Below are positions 51,881 through 64,000 of a DNA stretch of 64,000 nt, piece by piece; position 1 is the stretch's first letter, and every line of letters starts with the position of its first letter. The position numbers were made by a program, and so were the translations under genes. The notes below the pieces were generated by a model. That model searched no databases. It had not been told where the DNA came from and saw only the letters and a list, made by a program, of their open reading frames with translations. The DNA comes from Lama glama (lineage: Eukaryota). The stretch covers positions 43,836,001 through 43,900,000 of the forward strand of contig CM052818.1 in NCBI GenBank assembly GCA_028534125.1, read 5' to 3'.

Positions 51881-53649
51881 ATTCTTACATATTTAGTTTA
51901 CTGGCAGAGCTGGGAGATTCTCACTCTTCTTAGACGGAATCTTGATTCTACATTTTCAACGTATGACCCTCATGTAGGTAAGAAGGACCAATTTTCCGAT
52001 GTTAAGTCTTGCTCTTATAACAGGAATCTCTAGCCCTTTCTCTGGAGACAGGAAAAGCTAACCTTGACTTTGGGAATCCCTCTTACAAGGCACCGAACAG
52101 GTCTCTTTGGTGACTGGCAGGTCCTAGCGCATGTCATGCAGAGAAGCCATGGAGCAAAAGGGGCTCGAAGGAAACTGAGTCTTTCATTGTTTTCTGTATA
52201 TTGAGGAAGAGAGTTGTTTATCAAGAGCAAACTACTAAGAGCAAGAGAGATTCAAAATCTTTCTCAGCAACATGTAAGTTTTGTTCAGGAAAACAAGGGT
52301 GTTTTGGCAACAGGAGAGTTTACCGCCAATTAACAAGACCAGTTTTCCAAATGCTGCATGTGGAAAACCATATTGTCACCTAATAATCAAACAGGCATCA
52401 TTTTCTGGAATCCAGAAATTACAGTGCCATCTAGATATGGACATTTAGAGCCACAAGAAATCTCAGTAATCACATACACCCGTTCTTATGTTTTGTAGAT
52501 TTTGGAAGCGAAGCCCAAATAGGAAGGCGTTCTGACAGGGCCACACAGCAAAAAGGGACAGAGCCAGGAAAGGGATCTAGATCGTGTGGCCCTCGGGATC
52601 ATTAATTCTCAGGTGCGCCAAGCTCTCTTTGCCTTTCCGTAGAATCTGCATGCATCCTTCTACCTGGAAAATAGAGAGACTGCTTCTTATTTGCACCTTT
52701 GGTCCATGTAACCCGAGTGCAGCAATAATGCCCCCAGCGTCGCCACTGCAGACGTCAAAACTGGAGTGACTCCTTTGCAATGACTTTCTCAAGAGAACTG
52801 ACCTAATTTACAATAGTTCTCATCGTTCCCCTCTTCTTATTGAGATAGAAAGGAAATAATTCCCTCTGAAGAGAAGGTGATTATAGCTGATCCTTCCTGT
52901 GGCTCCGAAACATCTCAGTTGATCACTTGAACCTCAGCACAGCCATCCTTCCTCAACACTCTCCGGCTGTCTTAGTAGCAGGGTGCTCTCATTTGAATAA
53001 CATCTTTAAAAGATGCTGGCTGTACGCGTTTTTCACAAAAGGCTTAAAAAAAGAGCCATCTAGGATTGTAGAGATTGGGTAGAAGGATTATCTGCTGTCT
53101 TGAAAAAAATGAAAAATCAACTACATGAATGTCTTCCAGACAAAAGTGTCTATGACAAACCAAACTCAGATCTCAGTATCAGGAAAAAGTGTGTAACCCC
53201 TTGGCAACCAGATTCTAACATTAGATGATGAGAATTATGTACCCACTCTTTCTTATTTTTCCTCTTATTTGCCTAGAGTGCTAGAAACTCAAAGCTAGAC
53301 TTTGTTCTTACTGCGTATGTCCTCTCCCAGCTAGAGCATCTAGGAATAGGGCTGCGATCACTCCATTTTGCCTTTTTCCTTGAGCTTCAGGGGTTCGAGT
53401 TTCATCTTTCCTACACATGCTTTGAATTTCCTAGAATCATCTTTATAAGTAGTCAATATTAAAAAGAAAACACCATAAGTAGAATAAAGCCATAGGTTAT
53501 CAAAGAATAGATCTGTATCAACTTAAAGAGAAAGAAAGGATGTAACAGACCATGGCACCTTATTCTGGGTCTTCTCACCTGCACACCCTCATCCTTCTCT
53601 TCTAGAGACTTTCCTGCCGTTCTCTTTGATGCTGGTAGGACTGTCAGTC

Positions 53650-54155
53650 ATAGTTCCCAGCCCTCCTCTCGGGGGTTCTCTCCTTGGAGGTTGGCGCCTG
53701 AGCACTGGTTGACCAGTAAGATTATCCTTATGCTCCTGGCTCCACTGATTTGTTGGGCCCAAACAGAATCAATAATATTCTTCACTGGAATGGCTCTATG
53801 GTGGGAAAAAGACAGGAAATGTTTCTTTCTGCTAGAAAGTGGTAGACTGGGGCTTTCAACAGCTATATCATCACTATTTGGAGGTAGCTTATGACTAATG
53901 AAGGTGGGCAGAGAGTGGAAAGAGAAGGAGAGAAAGGAAGGGAGAGCAGATTCTGACATTCTTATTGAAGTTCTTGGATCTGAATTTATCTGAAGCCAGA
54001 CGAAGGGAGGTCACCCTGCCAATGTTTGAGCTCCCCAACCAGCTGAATCCACAACTTGATGTATCCAAAGAGTTCCAATAAATTCTATTGTTCCTGTTCT
54101 TGAGGTGATTTGAGTTGAGTTTTTGCATTTACAGCTGAAGATTTTCTGAATAAGT
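53650..54155 (+). mobile_element. Old MaLR LTR (MLT1J/K/L-like)
   Basis: 'cttggatctgaatttatctgaagccaga...ccaataaattc...tttgagttgagtttttgcatttacagctgaaga'. Confidence 0.55.
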
Positions 54156-54729
54156 GAAGGACACAGCGTGAATCAGCTGAGTGGATGAACCAAAGGAATC
54201 CTATCTTGAATTGAAATCTTAGATGAAGTCCCAGTGTAGAAATAGACAAGATGGCCTCCCTAGCTGACACGGGGATGGATGGGAGAAGGGACGTGGAGCC
54301 TGGCTTGACCTCTGTGCATCCTCAAGGAAACCTCGAGCCGCCTCTGCGGGGCCCCAGGGCTTCAAGTGACCAATTTTAAAACCACCTGTGCAGCAAAGAA
54401 TCCAGAGAGTCCCTAGACCATAAACACAGTGACAGCAGGAACAGTGTCCGTCTTATTCCCTTCACTATCTCAGTGTCTAGCAGTGCCTGGGGAGTAAGTA
54501 CACAGATATTTTTTATGTACACAAATAATTTTTCTTTTTTATGTAGAATGAATGATGCAATCATTTTCTATATCTCCTCAGCTAAGTGCCGTAATCCCTT
54601 CTTAAATATGAATTTCTTACAGGGCTGCTGAGAGGTTGAATTGAAACACCGTACGTATGGTTCTAGCATGATCCCCTTTTCCCTATTCCCTCCAAAAATC
54701 TCTGAACATCTGTTGCATTAAGTAGAACA

Positions 54730-54870
54730 CACACCAGACCTGGAATCGGGAGCCCTGTGTTTTAAGCCCGGGTTCCTTATGGGGTGATTCTGTGCAAGCC
54801 CCCCCTCCTCTTTGGGCCTCGATTTCCCCCTCGGTAAAGTGAGGGGGCTGAGCTAGCCGAGCCCTCATCT
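54730..54870 (+). mobile_element. MIR SINE fragment
   Basis: 'ctctttgggcctcgatttccccctcggtaaagtgaggggg'. Confidence 0.6.
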
Positions 54871-55449
54871 CGCTTCCAAGTCTCCTGTTCCACGGCTGAG
54901 TATCGCGCAGGACACTGATGACTCACTTAGCAGGATAAACAAGTTCTCTCAATGTGCCGTCTGCTAAAGAAATGAGCAATGTGCGGAACTCTTTCTAAAC
55001 AGAAAAAAATTTTCACACCAGACAGAGTCCAAAACCTCTGAGGGTTAAATGAGGGGAACTATAATACTAAGCAGATGAATCCTCTAAAATAATATTGCAA
55101 CACATCCTGGCATCTCTACCCCTGTTTCCATAGGATCTCTCCTGAGTGATTTAGCGGCTGCGCCTGGGGACACCTGAGGTCACCTCCAGCCCTGGCCCCG
55201 CCCCACCTAGCCCAGCACACCCTTTGCACTGGGCTGCAGAAAGGCCTTCAGTATATGGAACATGTGGACTCCCTTCCAAAGGCCTCCCAGGGAGACCGTG
55301 GCCATGGATGGACTCATCCACCACCAGTTGGTAATCACACACCCTTTCTCTCTCTTCTAAGCAAATGTTTATCCCAAAGATTCCTAAGGTTCAGAGGAAG
55401 CAAATTAAGATAGAGAGACGGAAACTGGCCACCTAATCAGAAGGAGCCA

Positions 55450-55640
55450 TTATTGCATCTTTTGCATGTGCCATGCCGGGTGAGTGTCACCACAGACGTA
55501 CGACGTAGGTGACAGCATCCTCAAATTACAGATGAAGAAACTGAATCACAAAAAGTTAAGTAACTTGCCCAACGTCACATGGCTTCAAAGAGGTAGAACC
55601 AGAATTCAGACCCAAAGCCTCTTCATTTCTATGTTTTCAA
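55450..55640 (-). mobile_element. MIR SINE
   Basis: 'ttacagatgaagaaactgaatcacaaaaagttaagtaacttgcccaacgtcaca'. Confidence 0.85.
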
Positions 55641-58600
55641 CCCCTGTTTGATCTATAGGCATGTGAAGCTATGCTTTCCTTTAGTAAATGTGAGAAAATA
55701 AGCTTTGTAAAAACGAGATGAAACCATGTTCGCCAACCGGTACAGCACTGGCAGTGTCACCTGTGAGTGATGGTGAAAGCAGGTCATTTACTGCGTGAGA
55801 CCTGAGACCCTGAAGGACAAAGGGCCAAGTGTGCGAAGTTCTGTTTAACAATCTTAGCAGACGGCCTGGGATGGTGTCTGCTGTAAACACTCCTGCATCC
55901 GTTCAGCCGGATGCGGGCTGTCCTCCGGGGTCCTTCTACAACACGAGCATCCCAAAGCTAGAGGCAGAGGCCCACTCTCAGCAAAACTGGTAGTGAGAGT
56001 CAGTCTTAACCCCTTTTGACAGAAATTTTAATCCAAGGAAGTCAATCAAGACTCACATCTAAAGGCATCTTTCCTGAGAGTCTTCCTAGATGAACTCCAT
56101 CCCCCTGGAACTCTCTCCCTTCACTGAGCCTGTATGTTCTCTGGAGGTTGTGCCACCATTTGGACCAGTACATACTCCTTGGGACCTTCTGGGAGTAAAA
56201 ATGCAATTAGGCAAAGTCTGTTATCTATGTCTGTGATAAAATTAATCCTGAAGACATTGCTTACATGGCTGTCTGCTCTTTATAACACCCAAGAAAAAAA
56301 ATTTCAGTGTCTGATGACAGAAAAAGTATGTTTTTGCTGATCAATTCATGCATTTTATTTACGCAGACATGGTGCATTTCACAACCGATAGCGTGTAGCT
56401 TCGGACAGTGGCAGTCAGAAATACACCATCGTCTCATTCCAATGGGCTTCCTGATACTCGATCTAAAAATTCTTATCCACCTTTTTGCCTCACAGATTTG
56501 TACCCATCCTTCAGGACTCAGTCTGGCCATAGTCTTTCTCAGTGAGTCCTTTTCTCACCTCTCCCAGGACAGGCTCAATCAGTCCGCCAACCCCTCGCGC
56601 TTACCTCTGTCAGAGCAGTGCTCACGAAGCATTGTGGTTGTCCCATCTCATCAGTTTCCCCATCGTGCCCTGAGCTTCTTATGGGCAGGAATTATCTGTC
56701 CTGCGAAGTCGGTGTTTCCTGCACAAAGCAGGATGCAGAAGAAGTTACCCAGAATATTTGCTGATTTAACGTCTGAAGAAATACACAAAAGAAGGGAGGG
56801 AGAGAGAGGATGGGAAAGAGGGATGGAAAAATGAAGACAAAAGGAGAGGATAAATTCACATTCAATCTTAAAGATGATCACCCCAGATTTTTAAACTATG
56901 TACTTTTTCCTCCTTCATTCTTTTGTTCTTTGGTTTTTATCCTTAGAGTTGTGTATAATTATTCTAGTCAAGAAAGAAGCAGAGTGACATAAGGACATTT
57001 ATAAAGATGTGCAAGATCTCTGTGGAGTGACTCAGCTGTGCTAATACCAAGACGACTGATAATTCTGCAAAGCCCGGCTCTCCCCGCAGCACCAGGCTCG
57101 GAGGGCAGTGAATTGTCAGGGCATCTGTGCAGCGGGAGGCAAATGGACCACAGGGAAACTGAGTCAACAGTCTCCATGGATCCGAACTGCCAAACTCTCT
57201 TACATCAGAGATGCAACTGAGAGCAGAGACGCCCTTCTTCCTGGGAAAGGCATTTGTAAGCCAGTGGGAATGTTGACGCCTTTAAGACAGTCCCTCGGGA
57301 TAATCTGCAGCTAAGCAGCTCAAACTGAACTAAACGCAAGGCTAGGCCATGTGTCGGCCTGGCCCCCCCACCCCGCCCTCGGCCTCTGCAGCTTCCACCC
57401 CAGCTCCTACCCGGCTGGCTCTGTCCACGGGGCGTTGGAGAAATCAGCAAGTGGCTGTCAATATTTCAGCTTTATAAATCAGTTAGTCTCAGAGTCTAAG
57501 TGATTCAGCCAAATTCACATATTGAAAGAGCATCAGCCTTGGAAATTGGGCCATGATTTTCTCATTTCTCATTCGTCGTATCACCGTTTGATTACCCAGG
57601 GTCACTGGCACCCCCATGGGACTCAGGGATTCAGGCTACTGGGGCCAGGGTCTGCCCTGGTGATCTGGTGGGAGACGGCTCACGGGAGAATTTCCCCTGG
57701 GGGATGGTGGCATCTTATTTGGGGTAGATGAAATGTGCCTGTCTTAAAAAAGCGTATTTAATAACAAAGCAAGTTTATATTTAGAAAATCAGGGACACGC
57801 ATTCTAAAAAATATATATTAACTACAGAAAATAAAGTTTAACAAAATTAGTCTCCTCGTCATGAAATCAGCTGAATATAAGCTCTTGGGGAAAATACCAG
57901 AAAATCCCGCTTGAAGGGTGGGGTGCAGAGATTTCCAAACTTATCCCCCAAAGCACACGCTGTCCTTTAAAAGGTTTATCTTAGCAGGAGTGGCCTCGTA
58001 TTTACACTGGGCTGAACAGCCGAAGGCCGTTTCTCTACGTGCCTCCGTAGATTTCATCCTGACACTGGTGACCATTGTTGAAATAATATAAAATAATCTC
58101 ACACTGAGACATCTAAATTACTCTCCCGAATAGCATGCCTGCCAAATGATATCAAGTTGTGTCGCCTTCATGCAGATTCAACAGCCTGCTACACCCGTTA
58201 CTCGTTCTTGCTGCAAATCTTTGGTGACGGCTGGGTCCTATATGAAGGTTCAAGAATACAGGTAATAAAGAAATATTTAATAATGTGTTATAATGTTAAT
58301 AATGTAGAATAGCATGGAGTAATAATGTAATAACGAAGCAGTACCTGCTCAAGAAGTCCTATACGCTAGATTTCAGTCCATTAAATGGTACAAAGAATTT
58401 AAACACTCCACCAGATCATGGCTGTAGGACTTTGCACACCGCCCCAGCTGCCCCTGGATTCGGGATATTGAAAAGTACAAAGCCTTCTACGTAATAAAGA
58501 AAATCGTTGGTCGTTGTTAGAAAGGATGCTTCTTGAGCTCACCAGGTGTTTCTTGCTGTCCTCTTCCCTGACTCTCCTCCCAGCCTTGGCATAACCATCT

Positions 58601-58689
58601 CGGCTGTGAGAGTCACATCAGACTCCCGTGCTCTGGATCACTGTGTTAGACATGTCTCTGTGGTTTGACCCTGAGAGCAGCTCTGGTCC

Positions 58690-58830
58690 GTCTTCATTCA
58701 GTCAACACACATTTGATGACTCGTGACTGTGCTGGGACCCACGTGGGCCACTGGGAACAGAGAAACAAAGCAGATGGAACCCTGCCCTCAAGGAGACCAC
58801 AGTCCAGAGATGGAGCAGGGCCCCCGGGCA
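58690..58830 (-). mobile_element. L2 LINE 3' end fragment
   Basis: 'ttcattcagtcaacacacatttg...cctgccctcaaggagaccacagtccag'. Confidence 0.65.
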
Positions 58831-58945
58831 GTGTGGACATTCAAGCACGGGTTTTTCGAAGAGGTGATGTCATGAGAGCAGCTAGAACATAAAACTACAT
58901 GAGGGAGAGTTGACTGACTTAGGGGCACTCTCCTGATTTACAGTC

Positions 58946-59454
58946 TGCCGTCAGCAGAGTAATGCCCCCCACCGCAAGGTGTCCAAATCTTAATCCCTAG
59001 AATGTATGACTATGTCAGTTTACATGACAAAAGGGAATGAAGGTTGCAGATGGAATTAACATTGCTCATCAGCTGACCTTGAAATACGATGATGATCCTG
59101 GGTGAGCCAAGTGGGCTCAGTGTTGTTACTGACGTCCTTAAAAGCAGAAGAGGGAGGCAAGAAAGGGTCAGAGAAAGAGAGGTGATGACCGAAGCAGAGA
59201 GATCATGTGATGCTGGAGGAAGGAAGCAACCAGCTAAGGAATGTGACTGGTCTCTAAAAGCTGGAAAAGGCAAAGAAATGGATCCACCCCAGAGTTTCCA
59301 GCAAAAGCAACAGCACTGCTGGCACCTTGATTTTAACCTCAGCGGGACCTGCGTTTGACGTCCGACCTCCAGAACCCTGAGGTAATGAAGTTGTACAGTT
59401 GTAGAGCATTACTTTTATGATCACTTGTTACAGCAGCCAGAGACAACTGGGACA
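58946..59454 (+). mobile_element. MLT1D-like solo LTR (ERVL-MaLR)
   Basis: 'ttacatgacaaaagggaatgaaggttgcagatggaattaa', 'ctctaaaagctggaaaaggcaaagaaatggat', 'ttgttacagcagcc'. Confidence 0.9.
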
Positions 59455-59661
59455 CCACCTGAGCAAGGATCTGGGGCTGATGCACACGTGCTGTTAAGGG
59501 TACTTCCTCGAAACCTGGAGAAAGCCACGGCCAACACCGAGCCACGCCACCATGTCCGAATTAGCAGGGAAACAGCGGAGCTGCAGGGAAGACAACATGC
59601 TGGAAAGGATATATTATGTGAGGCCAGGAGAGCCACCAGGGGATTGTTTCACAGTGGGTTA

Positions 59662-59695
59662 AAAGCCACCAAGGCCACCAAGGCCACCAAGGCCA
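59662..59695 (+). repeat. 9-bp tandem repeat (aaggccacc, about 3.8 copies)
   Basis: aaagccacc aaggccacc aaggccacc aaggcca. Confidence 0.9.
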
Positions 59696-60086
59696 TGAGC
59701 AAAGTGCTGGTGATAGACATCACAAAGTTCAGCGGTGGCTCTTTTCAGAGGCCACAGCTAAGGAAGAGGGGCTGCCATGGAGATGACCTGCAGATAACAA
59801 CGGGGGTGACGATGCCCCGAAGCAACAGAGATAAGCTGTTGACAACTAATTGCCAGAAATCAAAAGGCCGCAATTACCATGATGTCTGTAATGCCCTGAA
59901 AAGGAAACCAGAATGATAACCAAGGGACTAATGGCAATAAAAAGACTCAAAGAAAATACATATGCTTTGTCCAGTTCCAGACAGAGTAAGGAAACTGGAA
60001 ATACGTTTTTGGAGCCAGACCCACCGGCATTGAGGGAGCTGGTTTTGCAGGAGAAGGGGCCCTGCAGCGCCCCAGAGTCTCCCACA

Positions 60087-60584
60087 CGGGCAGACCTCAT
60101 TTTATTGCTCTTTGCTCTCTTGTGCTTCACAAATGTTGCTTTTTTTTTTTTAACAAGCTGAAGTTTTGTGGCAAACTTGCATCAAGCAAAGTCTATTTGT
60201 GCCATTTTTTTCCCAATGACACATGGTCACTTTGTGTCCCTGTGCCGTATTTTGCTAATTTTTGCAGTATTTCAAACTGTTTTATGATTATTCTATTTGC
60301 TAGGTTGATCTGTCATCAGTGATCTTCAATAACAGTACTATGACTTGCTGAAGGCTCAGGTGATGGTTAGCATATTTTAGCAATAAAGTATTTTTTAACT
60401 AAGGTAGGTACATTGGTTTTTTTAGACATAAGGCTATTGCATACTGAACAGACTACAGTATAGTGTCAACATAACTTCTATATGCACTGGGAAACCAAAA
60501 GCTGTCTGTGACTCACTTTATCATGACATTTGCTTAATTGCAGTGGTCGGGAACGGAACCCGCGCTATCTCCAAGGAATGGCTG
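60087..60584 (+). mobile_element. Tigger1 internal-deletion derivative (Tigger1a_Art-like)
   Basis: Left end cgggcagacctcattttattgc and right end atctccaaggaatggctg match the Tigger1 termini; about 500 bp, no transposase. Confidence 0.88.
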
Positions 60585-63500
60585 CAGTGATTCCTCTGTC
60601 CTTCCCTAAAGGAAACCAGAGTTCATTACTTGGGTGACTGTCGCTGAGGAAATAGGACTATCTAGGCAGTTCAAAGGCCTTCGGACACAGGGTAGGACTG
60701 ACACTGATACCCAGAAACCTTAAGAGCTGTGTTAGAGTGAAGACATAGGGGTCGCGTAGTATACAGAGCCTTTCCCCACCTCCTATTGGACCTGCTGGGT
60801 CTGCAGGCACACCTGACCATCATCTCTCCATCCCTTAAATGTATAACTGAGTTTGATATACTCAGCACACATAATAGCCCCCACATTGGGTCTTGACCCA
60901 TGGGGTAAGAGCCAGCAGAGTGAGGAAAGCTCAGTGAGTCCCCTGAAACTGGTTCCTCACCTACCCTCCCCCCGTCAGGGAAGTAAATGAAAAGCAACAT
61001 CTCCTCCTCGGGCAGATGGTGGTAATCAGTGCCACCCAGAAGAGCCTTAAGGATGGAAAGGTGATGGTCCCTGTCACATGTGCATTTAGGATGGATGTTT
61101 GCTTCCTGCCCAACCAGAGGGATCCTGGAGAACGCCTGCAAACACCACAAGCTCAGCCAACCGTCAGCCTCAATCAAAGATGCTTCACTCGATGTGGTGT
61201 TACTGTGGAGCAGATTAAAAGGGCCTCAGGTACAGGCCATGCAGCCATCAATTTGGTGAATGCACTCTTTTTTATCCAGATCATGGAAGAAGATAAAAAC
61301 CAGCTTGCACCACATGGATACGTATTCACAGCGGGCCCAGAGCTGTATTAATACTAGTGCTTTCTTTCACTAGATGGTCTGAAGAGAGCCGGGCCATCTG
61401 GACATCCCACAGGGCGTCAGGTTAATCCATGACCTGGGAGGCAGTATGCTGGTCAGGAAGCCTGGCTAGCCTTATTCAGATGCCTGTGATTTTAAAGAGT
61501 GGGAGATAAGCCTTATGAAGATTCAAGGCCCTGCCATTTCACCAACATCTTTAAGGGTCCAATGGTCAGGGACACCATCTTCAAAGTCAAATATAAATGG
61601 CTGCATCTTTCGTCTCATGCTTAGAAAAAGAAAGAACAATGTCTGCTAGGCCTCTAGGTAGAAGTAAGGTTCTGACAGCCCATCACAGGATGGTGAAGAA
61701 GGGCTGTGATGATATCTTGGAGGATCCAGCAGGCATGGTCTGGGCTTAGGGTCTGTGAGGTTAAGGTCATAAACAATGTAGCCGGTGGGGCTCAGCTGAT
61801 GGTCCAAGCTCTTTTCTCTGGGGTCCTTCCTTCCATCTTTACCTACTTCTCGGCCTCACCTGAGGTCTCAGAGCCTGGGCTGTGGGGTCAGGAGCTATGA
61901 AGGGACCTTAGAAGATTAGCCTCACTGGCGTCTTGGGTCGGGGAACCCCAGGGGCCACCCCCCACTGCTGCAGACTCACCCCAGTTGAGTCCTATTTTGC
62001 CTGCACTCTTGAATCCAACTTAGTTTTAATTTTAGTACCTAAAAGATGTAGTACTGCTCAAGCCATCTGTCCTTGTAAGAGCATTTGTAGACTACTTTTC
62101 ATAGTGTGGAAACTTACAAGAAGCCAGTTATCCTCACCGTGAGCCTTTGTTTCCAGTTCGTAGATGAGAAGACTTGGATTCAAGAAGTGATTCATTGTAG
62201 ATCACACAGGAAACACAGGGCAGATCTTGCAGACCAAGACCTTCTCAGGTCAAACCAAGACCCTCTCCTTCCATGAAAATCCAATATCTTTTCTTTACAT
62301 CTAGATGCCCATACTTTAAAAGCCTCAACAGTCAGGGTGAAGAGAAGTTTCTGTTTGGGGGAAATGAGAAATCCCTTCCCAAAGCTCCTATCCACATCGG
62401 GCTGAATTGTGATCAAGTTCCAGGAAAGGTCAAACTCCGTGCAGCCTCCGTGATACTCTCAACTGCTCTCTGGTCCCTTGCCTCTGGGAGCTGCAGAAAA
62501 CCTTCTCAGAATGGGTGGGAGACGGGAAAGGGGCACTGGTCACAGCTTCCAAGTATCCAGCTCTCCGTGCTGAGGCTTCAGGGACAGCAGGGAATGGCTT
62601 TGGGGATTGTGAAACCAAGATTCAGTAGAGAATTCAACACCAGCTGGATGGCATCTTTCTATTAATTTAATCTCTTGGAGGCTCACTTGACTCCTTTGTA
62701 AAACTTGCTGCCTACCTTGACCGGCTTATTGATAATTTGAACAGGACTTGTTGGTTCCTACCTCCTCCTTCCCTTCATCTCTTATTTGTTTCAAAGTTTG
62801 GTTTCCTGCAGTTAGAACACGTATATACCCAGGGACTCAAGTGCACAAAAATGACACAGAACCAGCAGGGATCACTCATGGGCTCAGCAAGGGTTTGTGC
62901 CTCCCAAGTTGAGTTACCTGGACTTAGTCTGTTGTTGCAACGCTAAACAGTCATCTGACTTGTATCAGTGGAGCATCTGAAGGCGCAGGTGACGAGTAAG
63001 AGCACTTCGGATTCGACATTTGATATGTTGATACATAATTTGTAATTATTTCAGATGATCCTCTAACACCCATTAAAGTATCGGCCACTGGGCTAGTCAC
63101 AGACGAGAATGGACTGGGTCAGGGAAGGAGGCCACAGTGGGAAGGACCGAGGATGACAGTGAGGGAAGTGGGGGGAGGAACAAATCCCCTGATGTCTGTC
63201 TGGGACGACGCACTCACAGAGCCCTGGCACAGCTTGGTTCTCCAGTCCACAGCCCAGCATCTCCTCTCTGGGTGGGCTCTGTAGTGCCCTTGACCTCTCT
63301 GGACCTTGGCTGCTTTATCAAAGTTGCTTTGTCACCTCTGAATCAAGAGTTAGACTTGATCAATAACTTTCAATCACATCTGGCAGCAGAAGTTTTCGCT
63401 TCCGCCCTGTATGTCAGCGTTAGAACTACACGTGCAAAACTGGGAAAGTGGAGCTGCTTTGATTGTGGCCAGGGAGGGCTCTCAGTGGGTCCCTGTCACC

Positions 63501-63609
63501 TCTCCTTGATGGCGCTTGATAAATTCTCAACTTCGGTGCCATCCCTTTGTCATAGGAGCTCCACTCTCTGATGCCTTTGGCGGATAATACTGACAGTCAC
63601 TGGTCAGCC

Positions 63610-63745
63610 TGCTTCAGCACTCAGCCCCTGACATGCCCTGCCTCGTCTAAGTTAATCCTCACAACACCCTTGGTCCTTATAAAAGTGAAGGGATTTGCCC
63701 GGTCACAGCTAATAGGAGGGTGAGGATTCGGAGCCTGGGTCTGCT
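63610..63745 (-). mobile_element. MIR SINE fragment
   Basis: 'ttaatcctcacaacaccc...ggatttgcccggtcacagctaata...ggattcggagcctgggtctg'. Confidence 0.7.
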
Positions 63746-64000
63746 CCCGGCCCAGCCCCTGCCCAGCCCCTGCCCTCACTCCCAGCGGCCCTGGTCCCTG
63801 GCCCTGCCCCAGGCCTGGATGAAGTGGCAGGAGGGTGAAGTATGTATCCCCAGAGGGATCATAGAATAAAAGATTTCTGCTGGCTAAGCCTCGAGACATT
63901 AAGAAAAAGAGCTTGCTGATGTCAGGTCCCGCCAAGGTGGACGCTCACTGTACAGACTAGAAGTAAGCGTGCCAGCAAGTTCCCCCACCACAGCAACCAC

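Larger units (their letters stand above)
58880..61810 (+). mobile_element. Decayed ERV-L internal region (gag-pro-pol), interrupted by MLT1D and a Tigger1 derivative
   Basis: Collinear translated remnants: gag NIKLHEGELTDLGALS, FLETWRKPRPTPS, MLERIYYVRP, TKAMSKVLV, PRSNRDKLLTTNCQK; protease DTG..LTLIP; RT EQIKRASGTGHAAINLVNALF, HLDIPQGVRLIH, EWEISLMKIQGPA, KVKYKWLHL. Many stops and frameshifts. Confidence 0.85.

Noticed and set aside
56307..56834. 175-aa ORF, the longest gap-free one in the window
   Set aside because: Non-ATG start, 3' part overlaps an L2-like remnant, no recognisable homology.
58330..58510. Peptide 'IKWYKEFKH...DIEKYKA' vaguely like a mariner transposase N-terminus
   Set aside because: Too short and weak, contains a stop, and has no TIRs.
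1..64000. Scattered single AP-1 (TGASTCA) and MEF2 (CTAAAAATAR, e.g. 11233-11242 and 38211-38220) motifs
   Set aside because: Short motifs occur at such rates by chance in 64 kb and are not supportable individually.

Overview
This is mammalian non-coding DNA, almost certainly from a camelid (camel, alpaca or llama lineage). Two tRNA-Ala-derived Vic-1-type SINEs with target-site duplications (TSDs) and artiodactyl-type L1 3' ends support that assignment. I found no protein-coding gene, real tRNA/rRNA gene or recognisable miRNA, and could not name the locus. Nearly all ORFs in the supplied track are chance ORFs or transposon remnants. The window is three contigs joined by two gaps of exactly 500 N. 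It is densely filled with old repeats: MIR, L2, L1, MaLR/ERVL LTRs, and hAT-Charlie and Tigger elements. The main hidden structure is a decayed ERV-L provirus interior (gag-protease-RT) at about 58.9-61.8 kb, split by later MLT1D and Tigger1-derived insertions. There are also several nested insertion stacks and a few candidate promoter/enhancer or exon-like segments. I do not see a supportable novel biological system. Repeat subfamily names are from recalled consensus sequences, not from a search, and boundaries of old repeats are approximate.
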